Shown: positions 26,095 to 39,258, counted from the stretch's first letter. The stretch: 64,000 bases of DNA from Octopus vulgaris (GCA_951406725.2 OX597835.1:18228001-18292000); one strand, 5' to 3'. Program-made: numbers and translations. Notes: a model not told the origin generated them from the sequence alone.

Positions 26095-26631
26095 GGTTAT
26101 ATGCATATGTATAACTGTATATTTCTATGCATGTATGTGTGTGTGTTTGTGTTTGCAGCTGTGCACATATGTATGCAAATTAATATATTTCTGTCTGTAT
26201 GAATAACTAGTGTTTTAAGTGCATACTTGTAAGTGACATTCTCAATCACACACAAGATCTGGTAATTCAACGGTTCCATCGTCTCGAATCTAAGACGTCC
26301 TATAAAAGAGAATAACCCATCGATCCTTCTTTCTCTCTCTCACTCGCTCGCTTCGTATCCGTCTGTCTATCTAAATACACATATACATGCGCAAATACAA
26401 AGGAATAGATAGATGGATAAGTGAATAAAGGGATTGGCTAACAAATGTCTAGATTGATGAATAGATTGTTTGAAAGATAGACAGATAGATAGATAGATAG
26501 ATAGACAGATATACAGATAGATAGTTAAGTAGATAGATACGTATAAAGATAAATAAATACACAAACAGGTAGACAGATAAATATGTAGATAGGTAAATAG
26601 ATAGATTGGTTCATAGATAAATAGATAGATA

Positions 26632-26822
26632 AGTTTCTTTATTGGCCATACAGGGCTGCACACAGATGGGACAAGTTACAAGGTAGAGCTTTTCTTTTGG
26701 GGGATGAAAAAAAGAAAAAATAAAGAAACAAAAACAAAGGGGGTGGCGTAGGTTTTCGATCAAGAGGGATCGTAAAAGGGAAGAAAAGAACAATAAATAA
26801 ATAAATAAAATAAAAAATAAAA
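26632..26822 (-). mobile_element. 5'-truncated 3'UTR copy of the Tx1/L1-like LINE inside (GATA)n
   Basis: agtttctttattggccatacagggctgcacacagatggg...; GATA repeats on both sides. Confidence 0.9.
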
Positions 26823-26859
26823 TAGATAGATAGATATATAGATAGATAAATAGATGGAT

Positions 26860-26950
<91 letters not shown>

Positions 26951-27731
26951 TCCAGAGAGAGAGAGTCGCACATACATACGCTGACTGTCATATAGATATA
27001 TTATAGAGACACAGAGACACAAGCTTTTATGTATATAAACGTACATAGCTACAAATGTATTTGTTCATATGTTTATATGTATATAGATAAACGCAAAACA
27101 AAACCTAAGCAGCGTGCACACTGTCGATGGCGCTGTTGTAGCAGCTATTCTCTTTTATCATCTACCAAACTTTTAACATAGATGCTGCCAAAGAAATGTC
27201 TAAGTGTAATATAATTACCGCAACCAACAATTCTAATTGGTGTTTAATTAGAATTCACCAATTTACTCGACAACGTAATTGCTTTTTCATATTTTCTTTT
27301 TATTATTGTTGTATTTTTTTCTTTTTATTATTATTATTGTATTATACTAGTGCAATTTTATTTATTTTATTTTTCTGTTAATGTAAGAGTTTATTTCTTT
27401 ATTTATATTTTGTTCTACTTCTGAAGCCGAACTAAAAGGAGACAAAATAGTTACCAATTAATCAACGTAACCAGTCAGAAAATCTAAATACATGTTATAA
27501 ATTAACACCTGCACTTGTTATATATAAATACCCAATCCTTACGTCTCATTCTAAGTTTCTAACGGGTTGACAGCGCAAGGAGTCATGTAACCGTTGATTT
27601 GCGGCTTCGATTGTTGCCTGGGTTAGCTCATTATTTCTCAGTCAATTGTTTAAATACAGATGTTACTTTTAATCGATGATTATATATATTATTATCATTA
27701 TTATGATATGTTAATATAGTTATTATTGTGC

Positions 27732-27806
<75 letters not shown>

Positions 27807-27825
27807 TATACATATATATACATAT

Positions 27826-28859
27826 AAAACTTAGATAAAACTTAGATATGTTTCGACCAGAGATTGGTCCAGGCCATGTCTAACTTAATAGCACCACCTG
27901 ATAGGATTATTCGAATCCTGTTTAAGTCAAGTTTTGTTCAAGTAGTGAGTTCTTGTTGGGTGAGTTGTATCCAATTATGGGTGGCTTGTCTGGTATTCTT
28001 TGAAGGAATCCATCCAGACTCTGTTTGAAGTTGATGGGATCCTTTTCCTCTTTGATCTCCCTCGGGACAATGTTAAATAGGGCAGGGCCTGTTGAGGAAA
28101 AGAAATTATGTTGCAGTGTACATGTATGTTGTGATCTTGAATTTGGCAGGGGACGTATAGCCCGTGGTCCAAGTCTCGGATGAACCTTGAAGCTAATGTT
28201 TAGGTCGTTTGGGCAAAGTTGGCGGTATATTTTCCACATCGTACAAATGATGTACCGCTCACGGCGACGCTGGAGGGAGTAAAGTTTCAAGGCTTTAAGG
28301 CGATCCCAATAGTCGAGAGCAGCCATGCCTTCAATTTGTTTAGTGAGAGCCCTCTGGGGTGACTCAATTCTGGAGATGTTTTGTCTTGTGTGAGGAGACC
28401 ACAGTGGGCAGCAGTATTCAAGGTGTGGCCGTACAAAGGATGAAAAAAGTGGTATGATGACACCTTGTTCTCTGGACCGGAAAGTTCTTAAGATCCAGGA
28501 ACTCATCCTACGAGCTGTATCGACCTTCTTGTTGATGTGTGCACTCCAACTGAGATCGTCATCAACAATTACACCCAGGTCTCTGATATTGTTAGAGGCT
28601 GTGAGCGGTTCCCCTGAAGGAAGAGAGTATGGTTGTTTTAGTGAGGAATTTCTTCCAAAATGCATCAGCTCAAATTTTCCCTCATTCAGTTGCATTTTGT
28701 TTCTGTCTGCCCATTGACTCACAGCATATAGGTCAGACTGGAGTTGAGTTCGGTCTGCTTCTTCATTGACGATTTGCTGGAGCTTAGTGTCATCAGCGAA
28801 TATTTTCACTTTGCAGTGATGTACGACACTGGAAAGGTCGTTTACATAAATTATGAAGA

Positions 28860-28860
<1 letters not shown>
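27826..28860 (-). mobile_element. 5'-truncated CR1-group LINE with uninterrupted RT C-terminal ORF (27922-28860) and short 3'UTR
   Basis: LFIIYVNDL...KIFADDTKL...LQSDL...W...NKMQLNEGKF...RDLGVIVD...VRPHLEYCCPLWSP...LKLYSLQRRRER; 3' end (tctaagtttta)2; (TA)n on both sides. Confidence 0.95.
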
Positions 28861-28895
<35 letters not shown>

Positions 28896-29347
28896 GTGTT
28901 GAAATGAAAGCATATTTGTGTTTACATGTATATACGTATGCATTTAGCATCACTTCAAGTTAATGTAATGAAATTTATATTAAATCCCACATCCCATGCA
29001 ATGATGCTGTACGTTAATCATCTGTTAGCATGCAATATTATCTGAAATCCAATTGAGGAATGATGACCTTAGCCTTTTTATAACTTCACAAACTATCTTC
29101 GAAACCATCCGCATATAACTTGCAGAAACTACATATCTCTTAATAGGGATTACAGTAATCAGTCAATAAGCAAATTTAGAGAATTCTCTGACGCAAATTA
29201 TGAAGTGTTTTTTGCTCGTAATACTGCTCTGATCAAATGCGAAAATGACTGAAACAGGTAAAAGAATAAAAGAATATAATATATATATATATATATACAT
29301 ACATATACACACACACGCACACACACACACACACATATATATATATA

Positions 29348-29550
29348 GTTAATCCAAACAAGAAAGCACAAAAAAACACAACTCGAGGACGTGGAATAAA
29401 TATAGTATTATTGGACGCTCACGAAAGAAGGAAAGAAGGAAAGAAGGAGGGTTTCGAGCGGAGCTCTTCGTCGGAAACATAGGAGAAGGAAAGATCCAGA
29501 GAAGGGAAGACAGAGGAAAAAATATCGCCAACGGTACACACGCGGTCACA
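29348..29550 (-). repeat. Penelope-terminal-like repeat family P2
   Basis: Second copy of 25395-25592. Confidence 0.7.
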
Positions 29551-29556
29551 TTTTGA

Positions 29557-29597
<41 letters not shown>

Positions 29598-29601
<4 letters not shown>

Positions 29602-30527
29602 GGTGTGTAGAAAAATACAACATGGACAAGAACGTATAACTCTTAGAAGACGATACAATAAACACGGACAGGACATTCGAAACCCTCAGTCTTCAGTCAA
29701 GAACCGGATCATCGTAGTAATTTCGGCTGATTAATCTTGAGATTACTAGATCACGGCCAGCCCTCCAAGAAAAACTAAGCAACGAGCATTAGAAAAACTA
29801 AGCTGGAAGCGTAGATTTCCTGGAAGAAGGATCGAATGCATACGAACACCAGGACAGCAAAAGGGACAGATATAAAAAAACAAAAAACAATAATGGAATA
29901 CAGAAACATGAAATACAGAAGCATTAACGGTGAAAACAACAGTGTCTTACGACTGATAACAAGCAATCAAATTTTTTCTCTGGCGCAATGGAAAAAGCCT
30001 TTATAGCGGCGGACGAAAACAGCGATGTTAACACGACGAGGGTCAGGAGCTGAAAGGCAGATTTCGGCCAACAGTCACGTGACAGAGAAGAGGGAAAAGA
30101 AAAGAAAGAGAAGCAAAGGAAGAGAGAGAGAGAGGAGAGAGAGAGAGAGGAGGGACAAACGCAACAAAGAGAGAGAGAGAGAGAAAGAAGGAATCAGAGA
30201 GGAGAAGGGATGGGTGTCGAAGAATGACCTGTGAGTGCAGAGCGAGACAAAGAAATAGGAGGGTAGTGGAAGACTAGACCAAAGAATCAGAGGAAAGAGA
30301 AGAGAAAAAGAGGGTGAGTAGAGAGAAAAGAGAGAGAGGGGGACAGATCAAGTAAAAATGAGAGAGAGAGAGAGACAAACAGAGAGTCGTACCAATTATT
30401 AAGAATATGTGCTCACATTAATGTTAAGGGGGGTACGGGGCGCCTGGAATATATGTTAAGGTATGTAGAAAAATACAACATGGACAAGAACGTATAACTC
30501 TTAGAAGACGATACAATAAACACGGAC

Positions 30528-30534
<7 letters not shown>
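29598..30534 (-). mobile_element. Non-coding element bounded by ~80-bp direct repeats (Penelope-like non-autonomous candidate)
   Basis: ttaaggt(g/a)tgtagaaaaatacaacatggacaagaacg...cacggacaggacat at 29598-29676 and 30456-30534; (TA)n on both sides; GA-rich interior. Confidence 0.65.
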
Positions 30535-30569
<35 letters not shown>

Positions 30570-30944
30570 GGCATTTGTGTGTGTATTTACGTTATAGTTT
30601 GTACCTGGTCACATGACAACGCTGAGATAGGGGTTGTTCCTTTATGTTCCACAACATTAGCAGTTGGGCAAATGCGGCCGACAGAACAAGTACCATATAT
30701 ATATATACTAGGATTGATTTCTCCGAGAAACACTTGAAAGTTGAGTCGCAGCAAATCTACAGACCAAAGTCTAAACAGACGTCATGCATAAAACTGTACA
30801 TACACTCCATGGATGCATATGTATGAGCTACAGAACAAGCAAAAACAAAGCAGCGCGGCGCACAACTTTTTGGGCTTACATTTGCCTGATACTAATTTTA
30901 TATGAGGTCCATATATCTCCTGACGTGCTGTGGGCAGAGTACCC

Positions 30945-30998
<54 letters not shown>

Positions 30999-31320
30999 TT
31001 ACCGAATATATGATTTATAAACATCTCCATGTGCTTCGTCGGAGAGAGCAGTTGCCTGTTCGACTTCGACGGTGTTGGTCGTTTATTTATGATGTGTTCA
31101 GAATCAGTTCTACCGATGAGCATAGACGCATTTTTTATGCGGTAAGTGCGAAATCCCAGGTGATATAGGACTAAATTTATTTTTTAAATGTCTTGCTTTG
31201 AAAAACTGCATTGGGTATGATTAGTGAAATTTTTGGTAGTAATGACTTATGTCCCTCTTAGTGTGAGGCATATATGTGTAATAATGCCCTCTATATAATA
31301 TATATATATATATATATATT

Positions 31321-31389
31321 ATATACATATTAGAGGGAAACTACTATGTGGACACCCTTATGCTAGTGGTTTCCTTCTAATATGTATAT
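31321..31389 (+). other. 26-bp stem / 17-nt loop hairpin, fully paired with two G-U pairs
   Basis: atatacatattagagggaaactacta-loop-tagtggtttccttctaatatgtatat. Confidence 0.7.
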
Positions 31390-31496
31390 AATACAGTTTT
31401 ACTGAACCTTCGGGGTTTTTTTTATATGCTAGACCACTGGTGTGAAATCAATGTTAATTAAATGAATGCCTAATTTTGTCACCCTCATTATAAATT

Positions 31497-31502
<6 letters not shown>

Positions 31503-31553
<51 letters not shown>

Positions 31554-32381
31554 ATATGTATGTTTGTATGTATGTATGTATGTATGTATGTATTTTTGTA
31601 TGTATGTATTTATGTATGTATGTATGTATGTATGTATGTATGTATTTTTGTATGTATGTATGTATGTATTTTTGTATGTATGTATTTATGTATGTATGAA
31701 TGTATGTATGTATGTATGTATGTATGTATGTATTTATGTATGTATGTATGTATGAATGTATGTATGTATGTATTTTTGTATGTATGTATTTATGTATGTA
31801 TGTATGTATGTATGTATGTATGTATGTATTTTTGTATGTATGTATGTATGTATGTATGTATGTATTTTTGTATGTATGTATGTATGTATGTATGTATGTA
31901 TGTATGTATGTATGTATGTATGTATGTATGTATGTATGTATGTATGTATGTATCATGTATGTATGTATGTATGTATGTATGTATGTATGTATGTATTTTG
32001 TATGTATGTATGTATGTATGTATGTATGTATTTTTGTATGTATGTATGTATGTATGTATGTATGTATGTATGTATGTATGTATGTATGAATGTATGTATG
32101 TATGTATGAATGTATGTATCAATGTATGTATGTATGTATGTATGTATGTATGTATGTATGTATTTTTGTATGTATGTATTTTTGTATGTATGTATGTATG
32201 TATGTATGTAATGTATGTATGTATGTATTTATGTATGTATGTATGTATTTTTGTATGTATGTATTTATGTATGTATTTTTGTATGTATGTATGTATGTAT
32301 GTATGTATGTATGTATGTATGTATGTATGTATTTTTGTATGTATGTATGTATGTATGTATGTATGTATGTATTTTTGTATG

Positions 32382-32412
<31 letters not shown>

Positions 32413-32472
32413 TTTTGTATGTATGTATGTATGTATGTATTTTTGTATGTATGTATGTATTTATGTATGTAT
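31503..32472. repeat. ~1-kb imperfect (TATG)n microsatellite with recurrent TATTTTTG variants
   Basis: Direct reading. Confidence 0.97.
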
Positions 32473-33189
32473 ATACACGTAAAGATATGCATGTGTGTGT
32501 ATGTGCACGCCTGTGTTTAGTTTGCTTGCATCCGAATTGTACAGAACGGGAGAGTAAATGTGAGTTTATATGTGTGACAAGAAAGAGAATTTCCTCCAAG
32601 CTCAATGACGATCTTCTCTTGTTTAGTAGTGCATTTGTGTTTAATTATTCAAAGCCCATACTTCCTTCTGTTTCTCTTGACATGACAGGGCCTTAGTATC
32701 GCCTTTCTCATATAACTAGCGATATGATATGACGTACATATACGACAAGTGCTCACCAGACATGGTAGAAATATCAGCATATCTTTGTGGTTAAGACGTT
32801 TGCATAACCTTTAGGATTTCTTTCCACTGCGCTCATCGTTTAAGTGTTTTGTAGATCACCCCTATTCTTAAGGCAGGTTCGAAACGAACAAGTAATTTGT
32901 ATCAAAGCTAACGATTTGTATTTCTTTTCATCATCCAGCGTGCATTTCGTCGTCAGCGTGCATTTTCCCTCTTATTCAGTAATATGGTTTCTAGTTTGCA
33001 TTATCTACATGATATATCTAGTTGGTTAAGGCGGGGCTGCTTCAGGTGTGCTTTTGTCTTGCGGGCAAAATAATGTACACGTATGTGTGTTTGTGTGTAC
33101 ATATATATGTGTGTATGATAATGTGTGTTTGTATCTGTGTGTATAACTCATTCGAGGTGCATTCCAGATGATCTGAGATATCTTTTGTG

Positions 33190-34085
33190 AGGGGCTTTCT
33201 AATCGTCTAAGATTACTGTAGTCCAGACTGATCCAAACGGTTGCGGCAGAACAGGGGGGCATACTATGTTGTAGAATTCAGTCGGAATGTGAAGTCGCTA
33301 TGTTATAAAGTTTCAAATAGACTGGGAAAAAAACTTTACAGAAACTTAGGAAGAGTTCCAGATTATTTGTGGATTACTTTGCTTGAGCCACGTTTCTCTT
33401 TTGTCGCTATTTTTCGCTGTTCTTCGGTAGACACCAGTCAAAGCAATTCCACCGGGAATATCTCCATGATCCCCTTTGTTGACATCGAAGCCACCATTTA
33501 CATCCCTTGGGGTGTCCATCACTTAAAGAATGTGATGCACAGTACGATTGACTCGAACTCATGTTCGTAGCAAAGCGAAGATTTTAAATACACAACTGAT
33601 CCTACACCTATATGAATTTTAAAGAAATGTTTTCTTGAATTCGTCTATAATTGAATTCCTCTGGCCTGACAGTGAATGGAGAGGGGTTTGATGGTGTTCA
33701 GGAAGAAATTTCGTCGCAAACGGTCAGAGCATCTGTAAATGGACAATGTACCAGTTGACAATTCTATCCTGGTGACCAATAACTTGACAGAGACGAGCCT
33801 TAGATCCCTACGTCTTCCTTCCTACAGTCCAAATCTTGCTTCCACACAAGAGCAGCCGTTTTGGAGACAACAAGAGACTGAAGGAGGTTGTGACACGGCT
33901 CCTAGTCGCTTTTACCTGGGATGCTGGAGAACTCGGTATATGGCATTCACGAATTGGTCGGAACTGCAGATTGCGCATTGAAGCGAGAGAATCCTGCTTT
34001 GAAAAACATTAGAATTTTGTTTTTCTTTGAAAGTAATAAAATGTCTGTCTTGGAAAGGTTAAATCTGATTTATTTATGCCCACAC
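33190..34085 (+). mobile_element. Degraded mariner transposon
   Basis: N-terminal RYVIKF..RLGKK..TET; C-terminal FRRKRSE...DNVPVDNSILVTNNL...LPSYSPNLA. Confidence 0.65.
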
Positions 34086-35396
34086 GCACACACATACACA
34101 CAAACACACTCACACACATAAACATACGATTGTGGACGACGGGTTTGCATGTATAATCTTAAAGAAATTAACTCACGGGGCAGTAGTCAATAGCAGAAAA
34201 CATGTACCTAATGCGATTGACCCACAGTACGATTGACCCTAGACGATATTAGTAGCGAAGCAAACATCTTAAACTTACAGTTGTTCCTACGCCTATATGA
34301 ATTTTGAAGAATTTTTGAAGTTGTTTCTTGAATTCTATAATTAAATTCCAGCATAGGGCGCAAGTGATATTTCATTATTCAAATATTGTTAGCTATATGT
34401 GTGTGTTTTTCTTTTTCTATTATCTTATTTAGAGAAAAGGATATTAGATGTGTATCTCCCATTGAGATTACAGAAAATTCCTGCTGGTTTTTCTAATCAA
34501 TATTTAAGATGAAACATTGTGGAGTCTTTAATGATGGAGATAATAGCATGCGAAGTAAAAGAGAGTGGAATGAAATGGAATCGGTTGTTGTCTTTGACGA
34601 GGGGACATAATTATCACTGGAATTAAGTCTTCATAGAGCTATAGAAGTTCAGTTCATATTAAACCCGAATTGCTTGGCAATATTCCACCTTTGTATGTAG
34701 TTGTTTCTGTATTCATATTTACTGCCTTTGTCATGGTGAGAAATAGCAAGAAAGCAATAAAGATAGACAGAGACGGAGAGGATAAATGGGGGGAAACTAA
34801 TAGGTAGAAATAACGGTCAATGTGAAATATCACACATATATACACTCACTCATACACACAGATTTCAATATCACAATTTCACTTACAGTGAAGCTTATAT
34901 ATGGACAGATTTGCACGTGACTAGGTGTGAGAATTCTAGTCTTGGTTACGTGAAGGGCAAAAGTTGAAGCGTTGACAGATTTAAACGATCCTTGCTTAAA
35001 CTTGAATAATAACCTTTGACTTGATATTGTAGGATTCTGATTCAGGTCATACAAAGTTGAAATGGTAGTGGTGGAGGAGGGGGTTTTGGTGGCGGTGGTT
35101 GTGATAGGACTTCATTACACGGAGAAATATAATGAGAATTCTGGCATGGACGATTAGGGATGTAGATTCCGTAATATCCAGAGGAGAATAAAATGAAGAG
35201 GCGCAATTGTTTGAGCGCTAAAGACTGGTCACGGTCGACTCGACATTCAACCGATTTTGGTGAGAGTACTTTTTAGAACTGGTGGTGAACATACAAACAC
35301 ACACATGCAAAGCCACGCGGATATATACACAAAGTGGGAGAAAGAGTTGGAGATAGAGAGACTGAGGGGGAGACAAAAAGAGAGGGAGAAAGAGCG

Positions 35397-35459
<63 letters not shown>

Positions 35460-35536
35460 TTTGAATTTAGCAAATGAATTTCATTGATAGCACTTTCCCT
35501 GTCCTCAGAAAATGTACGCATAAATACACTCACACA

Positions 35537-35610
<74 letters not shown>

Positions 35611-35659
35611 TGTTTCAGAGAATGATGACAATATTGAAATGAATGTTACGTCAGAAAGC

Positions 35660-36120
35660 CTGATGTCCAATAAGTCAGCGTTGAATCTGCCACGCCATAT
35701 AAGAGGCGCCAAAACGACTAGGCCTAAACGTTCCACAACTCGTCTCCAGACATTTCACCTGGCATATTTGTCTTACATCAAATAAATTTTGTCTTGAGAG
35801 CAGATTGATCAGGAGCACTTCAAATTCTGTTATGGTACAGCAAAATGCAAACTGCCTGATTAGGTCAGGCAGTGTCTCAGGCAAATCATGAATACATATA
35901 AAGAGTTTCATTAAGATGGAAGCCATCTAGAAGAAACAGTAGATAGAAGATCGCGAGTTACAGCACTTCAAAATATTCAGGCTCCAGTAAAGGTTGTCAA
36001 AAGGCCCTGTTTAAATACAAAGTTAAATAGTAGGGATTCCATGAAAGCAATTAGAAGACACTTCATGTGTTGTAAAAACAAGTGCGGGATGGACAGAGTC
36101 GATATTTATCGGTTGACAAT
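35660..36120 (-). mobile_element. Degraded CR1-like RT fragment
   Basis: LFICIHDLPETL..LIRQFA resembles LFLIYINDLP...FADD; upstream AFD-like motif. Confidence 0.45.
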
Positions 36121-36399
36121 AACATATAGAAACAAAGACCTGTCAACAAATCAATGGAGCTTTTACGCGCTTGTCGAAACTGCTAGAAATAGCAGCTAAA
36201 CACACTCGAATCCTTGAAGAAAGTCATATTTCCTAAGGATAATGCAACCGTAATATGTATTACTCGAAAAGTGAGAATAAGGATGTTAACTCTTGAATCG
36301 TATAAACTCTAATTCCTCTTCGACAGAAATAAACTGCGCTGAAAGCATCAGGTAAATTCCCATAATATCATTTGACAGGCATTTAATACCTAGCTTCAC

Positions 36400-36680
36400 G
36401 CATGCTAATTACACACGAATCGCGTTCTGTTGCAATCACCAAGTCTTGTACATGGTATCTAAAAGCTGCCGGGCTAGTTCTGTAGTGCGCCAACAGATGT
36501 CAGGACACGTTTGCATGCGCAGTGAGAGCTAGCAGTGGCCTTAAGAGAGAATTGCAGAAGGTCTCAAATCGCTTACGGAAAAAGATTTCAAAGCCAGATT
36601 CCAAAAGTGTCAGGAATACTAGGACCGTTTGATTGCAGTGCAAGGTGACTAATTCGAGGGAGATGATGACAAAACCTAGG
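36400..36680 (+). mobile_element. Mariner transposase C-terminal relic
   Basis: LTEKDFKARFQKCQEY*DRLIAVQGD*FEGD resembles F..W..RW..CI...G.YFEGD. Confidence 0.6.
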
Positions 36681-36686
36681 TAAATA

Positions 36687-37095
36687 GGCGCAGGAGTGGC
36701 TGTGTGGTAAGTACCTTGCTAACCAACCACATGGTTCCGGGTTCAGTCCCGCTGCGTGGCATCTTGGGCAAGTGCCTTCTACTATAGCCCCGGGCCGACC
36801 AATGCCTTGTGAGTGGATTTGGTAGACGGAAACTGAAAGAAGCCTGTCGTATATATATGTATGTATATATATATGTTTGTGTGTATGTGTGTGTGTGTGT
36901 GTGTGTTTGTGTGTCTGTGTTTGTCCCCCTAGCATTGCTTGACAACCGATGCTGGTGTGTTTACGTCCCCGTTACATAGCGGTTCGGCAAAAGAGACCGA
37001 TAGAATAAGTACTGGGCTCACAAAGAATATGTCCCGGGGTCGAATTGCTCGACTAAAGGCGGTGCTCCAGCATGGCCACAGTCAAATGACTGAAA
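36687..37095 (+). mobile_element. SINE family B, full length
   Basis: ggcgcaggagtggctgtgtggtaag...caaatgactgaaa. Confidence 0.93.
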
Positions 37096-37214
37096 AACCC
37101 TTTTGTGTACTGTGCTGTGTTGCCACCAAATGTTAAAGACAGGTGACTCTGCTGTTAATGGACTTCAACTGATCGTAACGCCATGTCTTTCAACAAGATG
37201 TGTCTTTGAATAAA

Positions 37215-37600
37215 GCATCACGAGTTCCACTCAAAAGGTCTCTGAATAAGGGCTGTTTAAGTATGTTGAACGAAAGACCCATGTTTCCAGAGCTGAATTA
37301 CCCAAACCCCGAATAGTTCCTTTCAACACATGGCTATGATGCTCCCCCACTACTTCTGCTCGTGATCAGAGATGTATATATAGTCAGGAACTAATTGAAA
37401 TGCTCAACTGGTTAAGCTCAAACAAATGAAAAGCGAATCAGTGGTATTGATAAGAAGAGTTACTGTAACCAATCGTTTATACCGAGTGAAAACAATGTAC
37501 ACGATAACTCTTTCAATCAGTTAAGAGCAGAAGCCATGAGAGCCACTGCCTGGTACTGAATCAGGGCATGAATGCCAATGCTTGCCACAGCATTTGAACA
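37215..37600 (-). mobile_element. Non-coding repeat family D ((AAT)n-associated, probable LINE 3'UTR)
   Basis: Reverse complement aligns with ~47887-48195 (ctctgatcacgagcagaagtagtgggggagcatcatagccatgtgttga). Confidence 0.75.
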
Positions 37601-37649
37601 ATTATTATTATTATTGTTATCATTATTATTATCATTATTAGTATTATTA

Positions 37650-37714
<65 letters not shown>

Positions 37715-37862
37715 ATTATTATGATTATGATTATTATTATAATTAGTATCATCATCATTACCATCATCATCATCATCATCATCATCATCATTATTATTAT
37801 TATTATTATTATTATCATTATTATCATTAGTATCATCATCATTACCATCATCATCATCATCA

Positions 37863-37896
<34 letters not shown>

Positions 37897-37913
37897 CATT
37901 ATTATTATTATCA

Positions 37914-38130
37914 CTGAGCTAACAAAATCGTTAGCAACCCGGGCAAAATGCTTAGCCATACATCGTCCATCTTAACGTTGTCAGTTCAAATATCACCGAG
38001 GTCACCTTTTTCCTTTTGTCTTTTCGGGGTCGATAAATCAAGTGCCAGTGAAACGCTGGTGTTGATGTAATCGACTACTTCACTCCCACCCCAAATTTCC
38101 GACATTTTGCCTATAGTAGAAACGACTATT
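37914..38130 (+). mobile_element. SINE family A, tail type c
   Basis: gagctaacaaaatcgttagc...gttcaaat...ggggtcgataaa; tail tgcctatagtagaaacgactatt. Confidence 0.8.
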
Positions 38131-38884
38131 ACGTATATATTTGCTCGAAAATCACACATTCCTCAGAAGGTTACACATCTCAGACGATACCTTGTGGAGT
38201 ATTTAATGATGGAGATAATATCATGCGAATTAAAACGGAGCGGATTGAAACGGAATCCTTTGCTATATTTGACGAGGAGACATAATTATCACTGTAATTA
38301 AGTCTTCATACGGCTATAGAATGTCAATTCATATTAAACTTGAATTGCTTGGATTAATACCTGCAACAACAAACACAGCCACCACGACGTCAGCTGCATT
38401 AACGAGAATAATCTCAGCTTAAGATCAACGCCCAGAAGTACAACCAGAATTGCATAAACAAATCCAGCAGCAATGTTTGTTCTGGATCAAATGACATTGA
38501 AATCATTTCTAAATCTGCGCCAGTTAGATTGATAAGCGTGACTGCAGTAGAGCAAAAATCTCATACGGTCGTTAGGGACTCGTCTTTTCGATCATAGATT
38601 TAGTAAATACAGGTGAGCACGAGCTAAAAAGCAATAACAACAGCAGCAGCAGCAGCAGCAGCAACAATGTCCATGACACTAACATCAGTAACATTAGCTG
38701 CTGAAGCGATTGGGTTACAATGCCACTAATACTATGTTTTTTTCCGATGTTTGCAGATCAATTTTTACGTCACGTTTCGAGGATCCTTAAAAATGACAAC
38801 CACGACCACCACCACCGACGCCGTCATATAAAGAAATATATATACCTACATCTTTCTCTCCCTCTCTGTCTTTCTCTCTCTCTC

Positions 38885-38916
<32 letters not shown>

Positions 38917-39101
38917 CGGAGAGTTTACGAAAAAAACAAAAGACAAAGACAGGTGGTGTACAGAACAAACATATGTATTAGTATAACCGTCAGAAATAGA
39001 AAAGTCTTTTACGTTTCGAGCCTACGATCTTCTACAGAAAGAGACACAGAGAAAACAAGGAGAGAAAAAAATCTGTGTAGTGGCTAACGATCTATCATGG
39101 C

Positions 39102-39102
<1 letters not shown>
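38917..39102 (-). repeat. Penelope-terminal-like repeat family P1
   Basis: Minus strand gtctctttctgtaagaagatcgtaggctcgaaacgtaaaagac; between (TA)n tracts. Confidence 0.7.
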
Positions 39103-39144
<42 letters not shown>

Positions 39145-39153
39145 TATATATAT

Positions 39154-39195
<42 letters not shown>

Positions 39196-39212
39196 TGATA
39201 GATAGATAGATT

Positions 39213-39258
<46 letters not shown>

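Noticed and set aside
27922-28953. 343-aa ORF as an intact gene with its own start codon
   Set aside because: The N-terminal ~30 codons are read-through from flank and (TA)n; the real sequence is a 5'-truncated LINE RT.
31506-32696. 396-aa ORF (MYVC repeats) and the many YIYI/poly-I/poly-F ORFs
   Set aside because: These are translations of stop-free microsatellites with no protein-like complexity.
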